Shown piece by piece: positions 1-10,941 of a DNA stretch of 64,000 nt (the first letter of the stretch is position 1; each line of letters begins with the position of its first letter). Below the pieces are notes generated by a model that saw nothing but the letters and a program-made list of their open reading frames with translations, did no database searches and was not told the DNA's origin. The DNA is from Nitrospinaceae bacterium. GTDB taxonomy: Bacteria; Nitrospinota; Nitrospinia; Nitrospinales; Nitrospinaceae. The translations under genes and the position numbers were made by a program. The stretch covers positions 352,001-416,000 of the forward strand of contig OZ245011.1 of the NCBI GenBank assembly GCA_965223665.1, given 5' to 3'.

Positions 1-1044
1 ACATTTTATAATCAAATTCCTTCAAGCAAAGGTAAGGCTCCTCAAGTCTATTTTGCTGGCCATAATATCAGTTCCGATTATTTGAACGATTTGTTGCAAA
101 TTATTGAAGGCAAAGATATTTGCATTAATGTTGTTTCCAAATCAGGGACTACCACTGAGCCTGCTATTTCTTTTCGTGTTTTAAAGGAAATTGTTGAGAC
201 AAAATATGGTTTTGAAAAGGGAAAGGAAAGAATTTTTGTGACCACGGATGGCTCCAAAGGAGCTTTGCGTTCTATGGCAGATTCAACTGGTTATAAAACA
301 TTTGTAATTCCAGATGATGTGGGAGGACGTTATTCTGTATTGACTCCTGTGGGTCTTTTACCGATTGCAGTTTCGGGAATAGATATTGAGGAATTGTTGG
401 AGGGCGCTAAAGAGGCCGAAGCGTTAGCTAGTAAAGAAACTTTATTTGATAGAAATCCCGCTTATCTTTACGCGGCCATACGACATTTATTATATTTACG
501 CGGGAAGCATACAGAAGTTTTGGCTACTTTTCACCCAGCTTTACATTTTGTTGCAGAATGGTGGAAACAATTAACTGGAGAAAGTGAAGGAAAAAATTCG
601 CATGGAATTTATCCCTCTTCGGTTCAATATACAACCGATCTTCATTCCATGGGACAGTGGATTCAAGAAGGAAACCGATTCATATTTGAAACATTTTTAT
701 GGATTGCTAACTCTAATAATCAAATGGAAGTTCCATTATTTAAAGATGATGTGGATGGATTAAATTATTTAGCAGGAAAGTCTCTGGACTATATAAATTT
801 AAAAGCTTATGAAGGAACGGCACAAGCACATTTAGAAGGAGGGGTTCCAAATATGACTTGGGTATTACCGGACCGTAGTCCCCATACATTGGGTCAATTG
901 TTTTATCTTTTTCAAAGAGCAATTGCCATTTCAGGATATTTAATGCGTGTGAATCCTTTTAACCAGCCAGGAGTGGAGTTTTACAAAAAAAACATGTTTC
1001 AATTACTAGAAAAACCAGGATATTCAAAGGGAGAATCGCAATGA
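1..1044 (+). CDS. pgi: Glucose-6-phosphate isomerase (5'-truncated by window edge)
   Basis: Frame is open from base 1 (TFYNQIP...VYFAGHNISSDYL). Motifs SKSGTTTEP, VGGRYSV, QLxGESEGK, PFNQPGVExYK. Confidence 0.95.
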   Translation, partial: TFYNQIPSSKGKAPQVYFAGHNISSDYLNDLLQIIEGKDICINVVSKSGTTTEPAISFRVLKEIVETKYGFEKGKERIFVTTDGSKGALRSMADSTGYKTFVIPDDVGGRYSVLTPVGLLPIAVSGIDIEELLEGAKEAEALASKETLFDRNPAYLYAAIRHLLYLRGKHTEVLATFHPALHFVAEWWKQLTGESEGKNSHGIYPSSVQYTTDLHSMGQWIQEGNRFIFETFLWIANSNNQMEVPLFKDDVDGLNYLAGKSLDYINLKAYEGTAQAHLEGGVPNMTWVLPDRSPHTLGQLFYLFQRAIAISGYLMRVNPFNQPGVEFYKKNMFQLLEKPGYSKGESQ

Positions 1045-2285
1045 GTGCAGTGAGCAAAGATTTAGAGAGTTTAGTTCATGAAATTGCTTATCAAAAAATT
1101 AGTGACGGCCATGCGAATAAGGATTTTAAAAGCGATCCTCTATTATCTCAATTAAAAACTACAGGCACCGAACTTTGGATAGACACAGGCGATTTAGAAT
1201 TGGCTCAATCCATATGGCGGTCAGAGCTAACTGCTTTGACTACCAATAATACCCTTGCAAATCAGGTGGTGCAAAAAGGGGTTATGGACGGCGTAATTCA
1301 AGAAACTGTAAAAATATTAAAAGAATCTTCTTTAGGTTTGTCAGAATCTGATTTGGTTATGGAAATTGGATTTGTGATTAATTGTCGAATCGCTTTGCGA
1401 TTGGTTGAGGCTTTTAAGGTGAAGGTAAGCGTCGAATTGCATCCTGCGATATCTAGAGATATAGAAAAAACTTTGTATTACGGTCGCCGTTATTTTAATG
1501 TTTGTCCGGAATTTTTTATTGTAAAAGTTCCTCTTACACCAGAAGGTTATTTATCCGTAAGAAAATTAAGGCAGGAAAAAATTCCTATTAATTTTACTTT
1601 GGGTTTTTCCGCTCGACAAAATTACCTGGCAGCTTGTCTGTCAAATCCTAATTTTGTTAATGTGTTCTTAGGAAGATTAAATGCTGTGGTTGGAGATAAT
1701 TCTTTTGGAGATGGAAAATTCGTAGGCGAGAAAGTGACATTAGAAACGCAAAAAGCGATATTGGAGGCCCGTTCCCAACATTCCTCCATCACGCGTTTAA
1801 TTGCAGCAAGTATTCGCAATGGGGATCAACTTGCCTCTTTAGCAGGGGTTGATGTCCATACTATTCCACCTGCGGCTATGAAAGAATTTCAGGAATCTGG
1901 GAGAACGGCTGATCAAATCCAAAATAATCTCCAGGCAGATTTAAATCCTAAATTTGAGGATCACCCCTGGAGTTCAAAGGTAAAAGATTTATGGACATTG
2001 GATTCGGGCTTTAAATTAATTGTTGAAGAATTGATTCAACGGACTGATTTGGATTCTATGACTGGTGAGGATTTAGTGAAATTTTTTGAGGATCGGAATT
2101 TTGACTTGTTTTATAGGTTTTCTAAAGAAGAATTAAAAACTATTTTTGAACACGGGAAAATTCCTCAACTTAGTCATTGGCCAGATAGGGTTGCCTTGGA
2201 TGATTTAATGACCCATTCAGCACTACAATCATTCACCAAAGATCAGAATTCCTTAGATGATCGAATTCGCTCCTTTCTAAAATAA
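1041..2285 (+). CDS. tal: Transaldolase family protein (long, atypical)
   Basis: WIDTG, TTNNTL, VSVEL, IVKVP (Schiff-base Lys), NFTLGFS, FLGR, AASIR motifs. ATGA overlap with pgi. Confidence 0.8.
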   Translation: MSAVSKDLESLVHEIAYQKISDGHANKDFKSDPLLSQLKTTGTELWIDTGDLELAQSIWRSELTALTTNNTLANQVVQKGVMDGVIQETVKILKESSLGLSESDLVMEIGFVINCRIALRLVEAFKVKVSVELHPAISRDIEKTLYYGRRYFNVCPEFFIVKVPLTPEGYLSVRKLRQEKIPINFTLGFSARQNYLAACLSNPNFVNVFLGRLNAVVGDNSFGDGKFVGEKVTLETQKAILEARSQHSSITRLIAASIRNGDQLASLAGVDVHTIPPAAMKEFQESGRTADQIQNNLQADLNPKFEDHPWSSKVKDLWTLDSGFKLIVEELIQRTDLDSMTGEDLVKFFEDRNFDLFYRFSKEELKTIFEHGKIPQLSHWPDRVALDDLMTHSALQSFTKDQNSLDDRIRSFLK

Positions 2286-2287
2286 AT

Positions 2288-3280
2288 ATGATTTTGGCTG
2301 GGGATATTGGTGGAACCAAAACCAATTTAGCTCTATTCACAGTTTCCTCTGGAGAATTATCGTTAAAAATAATTCGTACATATAAAAGCTCCGAATTTTC
2401 TGATTTCTTTTCCTTACTAGAAAAGTTTCTAAAAGAAATTCCACAAAAATTAACAAAAGTCTGCTTGGGAATAGCGGGACCAGTAATAAATGGAAGATGT
2501 CAGGTAACCTATCTGCCTTGGGTTATCGATCAAAAAGAGCTACAAGAAAAATTAGGAATTAGCTCGGTGATATTAATTAATGATTTAGCAGCAATGGCAG
2601 GGGCAATTCCTTTTCTTTCCTCAACAAAATTAGAAACCATTCATTCAGGTAAAGAAATTTCCAAAGGTAAAATTGGTGTATTAGCGGCTGGGACTGGCTT
2701 GGGCCAGGCTTTTTTGATTCCCGACCCAAGAGGTAGTTATCTAGTTTTAGAAACAGAAGGAGGGCAATGTGATTTTCCTGCTCGTTCTTCAACTGAAATT
2801 GAGTTATTGACCTTGATTAAACAACTTTTTGGACGGGTAAAAATTGAACATATATTGTCAGGGGCTGGACTAATCCGAATTTATGAATTTATAAAAGAAA
2901 AAGGTGGAGAAAAAGAGATTTCCTGGTTAAAAGAGGAATTTAGAAGATTAGGAAAAGTTGAAGCAATTTGTGAATTTGGTTTATCAAAAAAAGAAATCAA
3001 TTGTTTTAAAGCCCTGGAATTATTTTCTCAAATTTATGGTGCAATCGCCGGTAATTTAGCTCTTCAGTTAGTGGCAAGAAAGGGGATTTATATTGGAGGT
3101 GGGATTGCCCCTAAAATCTTACCGTTCTTAAAATCCTCTCTTTTTGTGGATTCTTTTTTGGATAAAGGAGAATTTAAGGACTTTATGAAAGAGATTCCTG
3201 TAAAAGTTATTATGGATATTCAGGCCCCTTTGTGGGGTGCAGCATATTTTGCCTTGGGTGAAAAGGTTTATCAGTGGTAA
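2288..3280 (+). CDS. glk: Glucokinase
   Basis: LAGDIGGTKT, IAGPV, LINDL, GTGLG, EGG, IGGGI motifs. Confidence 0.92.
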   Translation: MILAGDIGGTKTNLALFTVSSGELSLKIIRTYKSSEFSDFFSLLEKFLKEIPQKLTKVCLGIAGPVINGRCQVTYLPWVIDQKELQEKLGISSVILINDLAAMAGAIPFLSSTKLETIHSGKEISKGKIGVLAAGTGLGQAFLIPDPRGSYLVLETEGGQCDFPARSSTEIELLTLIKQLFGRVKIEHILSGAGLIRIYEFIKEKGGEKEISWLKEEFRRLGKVEAICEFGLSKKEINCFKALELFSQIYGAIAGNLALQLVARKGIYIGGGIAPKILPFLKSSLFVDSFLDKGEFKDFMKEIPVKVIMDIQAPLWGAAYFALGEKVYQW

Positions 3281-3332
3281 AGTATCCCTTCCAAAAACCA
3301 TTCCGTTAATTTTTTAGATTATTGAAGGAACC

Positions 3333-4541
3333 ATGAAAACAAAACTGAATAAAATTGTGTTGGCCTATTCTGGAGGATTGGATACCTCTGTAATTATGAA
3401 ATGGCTGGAGGAGAAATATGAGGCTGAAATAATTGCTTACTGCGCTGATATTGGACAAGGGGAAGAATTGGAACCTGTAAGGGAGAAGGCCTTGGCTACC
3501 GGGGCCAAAAAAGTATTTATTGAGGATTTGAGGGAAGAATTTGTAAAAGATTTCGTATTTCCCATGTTGCGGGCAAACGCTTTTTATGAAAACAATTATT
3601 TATTGGGAACTTCTATAGCTAGACCCTTAATTGCAAAAGAACAAATCAGAATAGCGCAACAGGAGGGTGCCGAAGGAGTTTCGCATGGAGCAACCGGTAA
3701 AGGAAATGACCAGGTTCGATTTGAGTTAACTTATATGACTCTCCAACCGGATATTACAATTATTGCCCCTTGGAGAGAGTGGGATCTAGATTCTCGTAGT
3801 AGTTTGATTGATTATGCGAAAAAACATGGGATTCCAGTACCTGTTACTAAATCCAAACCTTACAGTATGGATAGAAATATGTTCCATATAAGCTACGAGG
3901 GAGGGGAGTTAGAAGACCCTTGGTTTGAGCCCGATGAATCTATGTTCCTATTAAGTGTTTCCCCTGAAAAAGCCCCTGATAGTCCAACAGTACTTGAAAT
4001 CAGCTACGAAAGCGGCGATCCTGTAGCTATTAATGGCGAAAAAATGAGCCCAGCGAAATTGTTATCGCAACTTAATGAATTTGGCGGAAAAAATGGTATT
4101 GGGCGAGTTGATATTGTTGAAAACAGGTTTGTTGGAATGAAATCCCGTGGAGTTTACGAGACTCCAGGTGGAACTATTTTACATGTAGCCCACCGAGCTC
4201 TTGAAACTCTGGTTGTGGATCGAGAAGTAATGTTTTTACGAGATTCAATGATTCCCTCTTATGCTCGTATGATTTACAACGGTATGTGGTATTCACCTGA
4301 AAGAACTTTACTTCAAAATTTAATGGATGGTGTTCAACAGCACGTTTCGGGAGTGGTTCGGTTAAAATTATATAAAGGAAATACGATAGTTACTGGCTGT
4401 AAGGCAAATAAGCCGTTATACTGTAAAGACACTGCATCCTTTGAAAAAGATGATTCTTACCGTCAAAATGATGCGGAGGGTTTTATACGGCTCCAAGCAT
4501 TACGATTGAAATTATATTCGCAAACATTTGGTAATAGTTAA
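3333..4541 (+). CDS. argG: Argininosuccinate synthase
   Basis: [37 protein letters not shown]. Confidence 0.98.
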   Translation: MKTKLNKIVLAYSGGLDTSVIMKWLEEKYEAEIIAYCADIGQGEELEPVREKALATGAKKVFIEDLREEFVKDFVFPMLRANAFYENNYLLGTSIARPLIAKEQIRIAQQEGAEGVSHGATGKGNDQVRFELTYMTLQPDITIIAPWREWDLDSRSSLIDYAKKHGIPVPVTKSKPYSMDRNMFHISYEGGELEDPWFEPDESMFLLSVSPEKAPDSPTVLEISYESGDPVAINGEKMSPAKLLSQLNEFGGKNGIGRVDIVENRFVGMKSRGVYETPGGTILHVAHRALETLVVDREVMFLRDSMIPSYARMIYNGMWYSPERTLLQNLMDGVQQHVSGVVRLKLYKGNTIVTGCKANKPLYCKDTASFEKDDSYRQNDAEGFIRLQALRLKLYSQTFGNS

Positions 4542-4555
4542 AAGTATTTATTTTT

Positions 4556-5950
4556 ATGAGTAATATTCTAGTTGTTGATAACGAAAAAAGTATGCGCGAT
4601 TTGTTATCAATTGTTTTGGCAAAAAGTGGACATGAAATTCATACTGCTAGAAACGGTATCGATGCAGTAAAAATGATTGAAGACCAGGAATTTGATGTAG
4701 TCCTTACAGATATTAATATGCCGCGGTCAAATGGAATTGATGTATTGGATGCAGTGAATCGCCTTTACCCAGAAACTCCGGTCATAATGATGACAGCCTA
4801 TGCCTCTGCTGAGACCGCTGTCGAAACCATGAAAAAGGGGGCCTACGATTATATTGCCAAGCCATTTAAGATTGAAGACCTACAGTTAATAATCAAAAAT
4901 GCCACAGAGAAGAAAAAACTGTCCTCAGAAAACGTTTATCTAAAGTCGGCTCTAAATGACAAGTATAAATTTGCTAATATTATTGGTAAAAGTGAAGGAA
5001 TGCGAAAGGTATTTGACTACATTCACAAAGTAGCGAGTAGTAATGCTACCGTTCTTATTGATGGAGACAGTGGAACCGGTAAGGAATTAGTTGCTAGAGC
5101 TTTACATTTTAATGGCGCTCGAAAAAACTATCCTTTTATTTCTATCAATTGTGGAGCCATGCCAGAGAATCTCCTTGAAAGTGAATTATTTGGACATGAA
5201 AAAGGGGCATTTACCAGTGCAGATACAGTAAAAGAAGGATTAATGGAGGCAGCTAATAAAGGGACTTTTTTTCTGGATGAAATTGGGGAAGCACCTTTGT
5301 CAATTCAGGTAAAACTATTGCGTGTTTTGCAGGAAAAAGAATTTACGCGGGTTGGGGGGACTAAACCCATCAAGGCGGACCTAAGAATAATTGCAGCTAC
5401 GAATAGAGATTTAGTTCAAAGTGTTAAAGAAAAAGAATTTCGTGAGGATCTTTATTATAGATTAAAGGTCATCAACATACGTATTCCCTCCCTCAGACAG
5501 CGAAAAGAGGATATTCCACTTCTAATTCAACATTTTATTGATAAGTATAACAAAGAGCATGGTCAGGAAAAAAGAATTCAAGGAGTAAACCCTGAGGCTA
5601 TGAGTCTATTAGAAAATTATGACTGGCCCGGAAACGTTCGTGAACTTGAGAATACAATAGAAAGAGCGGTGGTTCTGGAAACCAACGATAAAATTGGGAT
5701 TTCAAGCCTTCCAGAAGAAATTCTTGGAACCCCGATGAAAACAGAAAATATGATACCTAATTTTGCTGAAGAACCTATTGACTTAGAAAAAACTTTAGAT
5801 AGTATTGAAAAGAAAATTTTACTAGGTGCTTTAAATAAAACGGATGGTATGATGAACAAGGCGGCGAAATTACTTAATTTAAGTTTTCGTTCTATGAGAT
5901 ACCGAGTAAAAAAGCATAATCTTAAGGGGAACGCCGAATTGCAGGAATAA
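4556..5950 (+). CDS. Sigma-54-dependent response regulator (NtrC/PilR-like)
   Basis: Receiver domain (LTDINMP), AAA+ domain ([35 protein letters not shown]), C-terminal [18 protein letters not shown] resembling PilR. Confidence 0.9.
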   Translation: MSNILVVDNEKSMRDLLSIVLAKSGHEIHTARNGIDAVKMIEDQEFDVVLTDINMPRSNGIDVLDAVNRLYPETPVIMMTAYASAETAVETMKKGAYDYIAKPFKIEDLQLIIKNATEKKKLSSENVYLKSALNDKYKFANIIGKSEGMRKVFDYIHKVASSNATVLIDGDSGTGKELVARALHFNGARKNYPFISINCGAMPENLLESELFGHEKGAFTSADTVKEGLMEAANKGTFFLDEIGEAPLSIQVKLLRVLQEKEFTRVGGTKPIKADLRIIAATNRDLVQSVKEKEFREDLYYRLKVINIRIPSLRQRKEDIPLLIQHFIDKYNKEHGQEKRIQGVNPEAMSLLENYDWPGNVRELENTIERAVVLETNDKIGISSLPEEILGTPMKTENMIPNFAEEPIDLEKTLDSIEKKILLGALNKTDGMMNKAAKLLNLSFRSMRYRVKKHNLKGNAELQE

Positions 5951-6001
5951 TTCATTCTGAACTATTCTCAAAGAATAATCTTCAATTTCTTTCCTTGTGC
6001 C

Positions 6002-8017
6002 ATGCTGCACTATTTAAAAACAATCACTATAATTTTACTTTTAAATTTATTGCCTTCGAATGGTTTTTCGCAAGGGTTTTTCGAGACAAGTGATGAAATC
6101 GTTTTGTTTCAACGTGCTGAAACTTTCTTCCATGAAGAAAAATTCTTAGAATCTAGACAAATATATGAGAAATTCATTCAAAAATATCCTCAAAGTCTTC
6201 GTTATCCAAAATCAATATTTAGATTAGGACAAATTGATTTTAAAAATAAGTCTTACTTAACGGCTCTTCGATCTTTTGAACTTTTTTCAGAGAATTACTC
6301 AAGTTCCAGTTGGATTTACCATGCGAAGCTTAAAATTGCTCAGTGTTATTTTTGGCTTGAGCGATATCAAGAGGCGAAACCTCTTTTACGCGAAGCATTG
6401 AAAGCCAATCCTGATATAGGACAAAAATGGCAAGCACAAACTTATTTAGGAATGATAGCCGATAAAAAAGAAAATTATAATCGTGCCATCGATCTCATGA
6501 AAAAGGTTGTGGCGGAATCCTCTAATGCTACTTTTAAAAGTATAGCGGAAAAAAATATCGAAGTTATAGTCAATCAAAAACTAAATAAGGAACAACTAAT
6601 AGCGCTGATTGAAAAAAGTGATACCGAATATCCAGCAGACCTTGCCTTAACCCGTTTGATCTCAATCTATAGATCGAATCGAAATTTATTTCAATTTGAC
6701 TCCGCGATCAAGACCTTTATTGAAAAATTCCCTAACCATAATTTAACACCTGATTATGAAAAAATTTTGGCAAATCAAAAAATAGATGAAAACCGGAGGG
6801 AACTAAAAATTGGTGTGGTATTACCCTTGTCTGGTAACCGGGCTTTGGTGGGTCAGCAGGTGTTGCAGGGTATTCAATTAGCTTTTAATAATTTATCTCT
6901 ACAAGAAAGAAGCCGGTTTGCGCTAAAAGTAAAAGACTCAGGTTTGGGGCAATCGGTTCAAAAAATTGTGGAAGAACTTTCTCAGGATCCCAATGTGGTT
7001 GGAATCATTGGGCCTGTCTTTAGTGAAGATATCCTAAATATTGTCTCAATTATTGAAAAGTATAAATTACCCATTTTTTCTCCTACAGCTTCTACTTCAG
7101 GTTTGGCAGATCTTAGTCCATTTGTTTTTAGAAATGCCCTTACTAAAGAAGTGCAAGCTACGTTTTTAGCGCGCCATGCTGTAAATGATTTGGGTCTCCA
7201 TCGCTTTATGGTTGTTTATCCTGAAACTTCTTATGGAGAAACAATGAAAGAAGTTTTTGTAAAAGAAGTAACGGGGCTGGGAGGTCATGTTGTCGATGCG
7301 CTTTCTTATAAAAGAAGTCAAAATGATTTTAAGAAATTAATTTTTCATATTGGAGGAGCTTCCGATCAACAGTTGAAATCTAAAGCTATGAGATATTTAC
7401 GTAGTGGAAGAACGCCGCCCGAATTAAATGATAAAGGAAATATTTCGCGTCCTGCAATTGATAGTGGATTGTTTTCGGGGAATGAAGTTGAAGGATTAAA
7501 TGTAAGCCTGGAGTTAAACTACGATTCAATTTTTATTCCCGGATATTATGATAAGATTTCTCTCCTGGCTCCCCAATTGGTTTTTTATAATATTGAAAAT
7601 GTCCTTTTATTGGGTGGCAATGGTTGGAATTCTCAAGAATTAATTGATAATGCGAGAAACTATTTAAAATCCGTTTTGTTTGTGGATGGATTTTTTGCAG
7701 AATCCTCACAGCCTGAGACTCAGGATTTTGTGGAAAAATATGAAACTAATTTTGGGGAAAGACCTTCAGTTTTAGCTGCTCAAGCCTTTGACACTTCAAA
7801 TATTTTTATTAAACTTTTGAAGGAAGGGGCAGACAGTAGAATAAAGATTAAATCGGGACTTGAAACTATTAGAAATTTTTCAGGGGTAACGGGTAATACT
7901 TCAATAAAAAATAATGGAGACTCAGAAAAGTCTTTAGTTCGTTTGACAGTCCAGGATGGAGAAATAATGGTACTAGATGAAGATGATACTAATGCCTTAG
8001 GAAACTCTGAGTTCTAG
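6002..8017 (+). CDS. LpoA-like penicillin-binding protein activator (N-terminal TPRs + type-I periplasmic-binding-fold domain)
   Basis: Signal peptide, BamD/CpoB-like TPRs, then KIGVVLPLSG, IIGP and FSGVTG motifs of the LpoA/LivJ-like fold. Confidence 0.7.
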   Translation: MLHYLKTITIILLLNLLPSNGFSQGFFETSDEIVLFQRAETFFHEEKFLESRQIYEKFIQKYPQSLRYPKSIFRLGQIDFKNKSYLTALRSFELFSENYSSSSWIYHAKLKIAQCYFWLERYQEAKPLLREALKANPDIGQKWQAQTYLGMIADKKENYNRAIDLMKKVVAESSNATFKSIAEKNIEVIVNQKLNKEQLIALIEKSDTEYPADLALTRLISIYRSNRNLFQFDSAIKTFIEKFPNHNLTPDYEKILANQKIDENRRELKIGVVLPLSGNRALVGQQVLQGIQLAFNNLSLQERSRFALKVKDSGLGQSVQKIVEELSQDPNVVGIIGPVFSEDILNIVSIIEKYKLPIFSPTASTSGLADLSPFVFRNALTKEVQATFLARHAVNDLGLHRFMVVYPETSYGETMKEVFVKEVTGLGGHVVDALSYKRSQNDFKKLIFHIGGASDQQLKSKAMRYLRSGRTPPELNDKGNISRPAIDSGLFSGNEVEGLNVSLELNYDSIFIPGYYDKISLLAPQLVFYNIENVLLLGGNGWNSQELIDNARNYLKSVLFVDGFFAESSQPETQDFVEKYETNFGERPSVLAAQAFDTSNIFIKLLKEGADSRIKIKSGLETIRNFSGVTGNTSIKNNGDSEKSLVRLTVQDGEIMVLDEDDTNALGNSEF

Positions 8018-10401
8018 AATGATTCTTCAGATGATTCAAGAGATTCAATGTTTTTATCTGGTGCTTTTTCGTCCAAAAAAGCTTCAAAAATAGCTTCTTC
8101 ATCATTAAAGGAAGCCTCCAACCCAGTTTTAGGATTAATTTTTGTGAATTTAATATCCTGGGGAATTGGAAAACTTTGAACGGGCCTTCCCCTTAGAGTT
8201 TCCTCCATGAATTTCAGCCAAATTGGAATTGCTGCCCGAGAACCTGTTTCATTCACACCCAATGATTCGTCCCTGTCTTTTCCAACCCAAACCCCTGTTA
8301 CCAATTCGGGCGTATACCCTATAAACCAAGCATCAATATAATTATTAGTAGTTCCAGTTTTAGCTGCAACGGGTCGTCCTAGCTTCCGAACCTTCATCCC
8401 GGTTCCTTCTTTTACAACGCTCTCTAATAGACTGGTTACTAAATAAGCTAAGCCGGGGGAGAATACTTGTTCCGTTTCAGGTTGTGAACTAAAAATTATT
8501 TCATCTTTTCGATTTTTAATAAAACGCACGGGCGTGGGTTCAATACGTTGCCCTTGATTAGCAAATACAGCGTATGCGGATACAATTTCAAAAAGAGTCA
8601 TGCCAGAAGAACCTAATGCAATAGACAAATTATTGTCTAAATGGCTTTCTATCCCTAATTTACGGGCTACCTCGATGGCTTTGTAAACACCAATATTTTG
8701 TAAAAGTTTAATTGTGACCACATTTCGCGAATGGGTCAATGCGGTACGAATTGAGGTGGGCCCAAAAAATTTCTTTTCAAAATTAACGGGTTTCCATTTA
8801 TCAAAAGTATCTTCTTTTTCTTTAAAAATAACTGGAGAGTCTATAATAATACTTGCCGGGGTATATCCATCTTCCAACCCCGCAGCAAAAATAATTGGTT
8901 TAAAAGCAGAACCTGGTTGACGAATTGCTTGTGTTGCTCGGTTGAATTGGCTTTTAGTGAAATCATATCCTCCGACCATTGCTTTAATATGACCCGTATA
9001 CGGGTCCAAAGAAATTAACCCTGACTGAACCTCGGGATCTTGTTCAAGTTCCAATTCCCAAGATCCACCTGGCGTTTCTTTAATCATTTTGACCCAAACA
9101 ATGTCTCCCGAAGAAAGAGCTTCTTTAACACTTTTTATTCTTACTCGTTTCCCATCTAACTTTATATTAGGTTTTCTTGCCCACTCCATTGACTCTAGAA
9201 AAATTAATCCCTCAGTTCTACCTAAATAAACCTTAGCTTTATTTTTACTTACATCGGTCACTATTCCTTTTACAATATCACCTTCCTGAAAGAGTCTATC
9301 CCCTATATCTTTATTCCATTCTTTTATTTTTTGATTTAATAATTCCAGATCTTGTTTAAAATCCTCTTTACCTTCAGGTCCCCGGTAACCATAACGTTTG
9401 TCAGCTTTTTTTAATCCAGTTTTTATGGCTTTTTGTGCATTCTCTTGAGCATTGATATCTAAAGTTGTGTGTATTTCTAATCCATCGCGGTACAATTTAT
9501 TGCTTCCATATTTTTCCTGGATGAACTGCCTTATATACTCGGTAAAATAGGGAGCGCGATTTAGTTTTTCCATTTCTCCCTGAAGTTTGATTTCCTCTTT
9601 GACAGATTCGCGCTTTTCCTTTTCGGAAATAAATCCCAAAGATGCCATACGGCGAATAACATGATTACGCCTCTTAAAGGCTTTTTTGTAATCGCGGTAA
9701 GGTGAATAATGATTTGGCGCCTTTGGAAGGGCAGCAATGGTAGCACATTCACTTATGCCTAATTCTCCAACTTTTTTTCCAAAATAAGTCCTGGCCGCTG
9801 ATTCTACGCCATAACTACCATGTCCGTAATAAATTTGGTTCAGATACATTTCCAAAATTTCATCTTTTGTGAAAACTAATTCCAAGCGAATTGCCAGAAT
9901 GGCTTCTTGAATCTTTCTTTTAAAACTTTTTTCGAATGAAAGGAATAAAGTTTTTGTTAACTGTTGAGTAATTGTGCTACCCCCTTCAACGACATGTCCT
10001 GCCTTTAAATTTGTTAGAAATGCTCTGAAAATTGCTTTTGGATCAATCCCAAAATGATGGTAAAAGTTAGAATCTTCGACTGCTAATGTTGCCTGTTTTA
10101 AACGAAGAGGAATTTTGGATAGAGGAATCAAAATTCTCTTTTCAATATAAAACTCTGCTATTAGTTCATCAGTATCAGAAAAAACTTTGGTGATGGTGCT
10201 GGGTGAATAATCCCTTAATTCTAATACGTCCGGTAATCCTTTAGAATATTTTGAATAAAGAATCCAGCCTCCTATAAAAGAAGTTATCAAAACAATAAAG
10301 AATATTGAAACCAGTGATCTGATTACAAATTTTTTCAGTTTTCCCGGTTTCTTTTTTTTATTTTTAAAAGGAGATTGATTCTTTAGGATTTTATCTTTCA
10401 T
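8014..10401 (-). CDS. mrcA: Class A penicillin-binding protein 1A
   Basis: TM anchor, transglycosylase motifs (EDSNFYHHFG, GGSTITQQL, YLNQIYYG), OB insert, transpeptidase SAFK, SRN and KTGT motifs. Confidence 0.93.
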   Translation of the reverse strand: MKDKILKNQSPFKNKKKKPGKLKKFVIRSLVSIFFIVLITSFIGGWILYSKYSKGLPDVLELRDYSPSTITKVFSDTDELIAEFYIEKRILIPLSKIPLRLKQATLAVEDSNFYHHFGIDPKAIFRAFLTNLKAGHVVEGGSTITQQLTKTLFLSFEKSFKRKIQEAILAIRLELVFTKDEILEMYLNQIYYGHGSYGVESAARTYFGKKVGELGISECATIAALPKAPNHYSPYRDYKKAFKRRNHVIRRMASLGFISEKEKRESVKEEIKLQGEMEKLNRAPYFTEYIRQFIQEKYGSNKLYRDGLEIHTTLDINAQENAQKAIKTGLKKADKRYGYRGPEGKEDFKQDLELLNQKIKEWNKDIGDRLFQEGDIVKGIVTDVSKNKAKVYLGRTEGLIFLESMEWARKPNIKLDGKRVRIKSVKEALSSGDIVWVKMIKETPGGSWELELEQDPEVQSGLISLDPYTGHIKAMVGGYDFTKSQFNRATQAIRQPGSAFKPIIFAAGLEDGYTPASIIIDSPVIFKEKEDTFDKWKPVNFEKKFFGPTSIRTALTHSRNVVTIKLLQNIGVYKAIEVARKLGIESHLDNNLSIALGSSGMTLFEIVSAYAVFANQGQRIEPTPVRFIKNRKDEIIFSSQPETEQVFSPGLAYLVTSLLESVVKEGTGMKVRKLGRPVAAKTGTTNNYIDAWFIGYTPELVTGVWVGKDRDESLGVNETGSRAAIPIWLKFMEETLRGRPVQSFPIPQDIKFTKINPKTGLEASFNDEEAIFEAFLDEKAPDKNIESLESSEESF

Positions 10402-10475
10402 GAATTATGGGAAGTTGATAGATTAGGAGTTTGTAAATGACTAGCTTAACTCGAATTAAGTTAAATTGGAAATAA

Positions 10476-10889
10476 CTAAATCCGACCCTCTTCAAGATCA
10501 ATAAGGTCAACCCACTTTTGAATATCTTTTCGATTTGAATCCAGTTGGTCTCGGAGTTCATAAAAACGCTTCCATTTTTCTGGAGAATCTGGTTGACTAT
10601 TTAATATAGAATCATTAATTTCTTCGATTTTTTCAGAAGAGTGGGATATGGCAAGTTTGGCTACCCAGGTTTTAATTTGGTTTTCCTCCATAGTGCAGGC
10701 TTTATCTGAAAACTCCTCTTTGTCAATTTTCAGAAAATCCAAAATAATGCTATCTAAAGGGCAGGGATAAATATAATCTCCCAATGTATTATTTTTATAA
10801 GCTCGTGCTTTATCGACCATTCTCCCAACATGAACCAAGTCTGAAATCTTTTCCTTAGGTGATCTTGGAAATTGAGAAGTTAAATCCAT
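10476..10889 (-). CDS. DUF5069-like protein
   Basis: PRSP...GRMVDKARA...YIYPCPLD...DLIDLEEGR pattern. Confidence 0.7.
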   Translation of the reverse strand: MDLTSQFPRSPKEKISDLVHVGRMVDKARAYKNNTLGDYIYPCPLDSIILDFLKIDKEEFSDKACTMEENQIKTWVAKLAISHSSEKIEEINDSILNSQPDSPEKWKRFYELRDQLDSNRKDIQKWVDLIDLEEGRI

Positions 10890-10941
10890 ATTTTTCTTCT
10901 GGAAGGTGAGGAATCAATATAGATAATAATCATTATTATTG

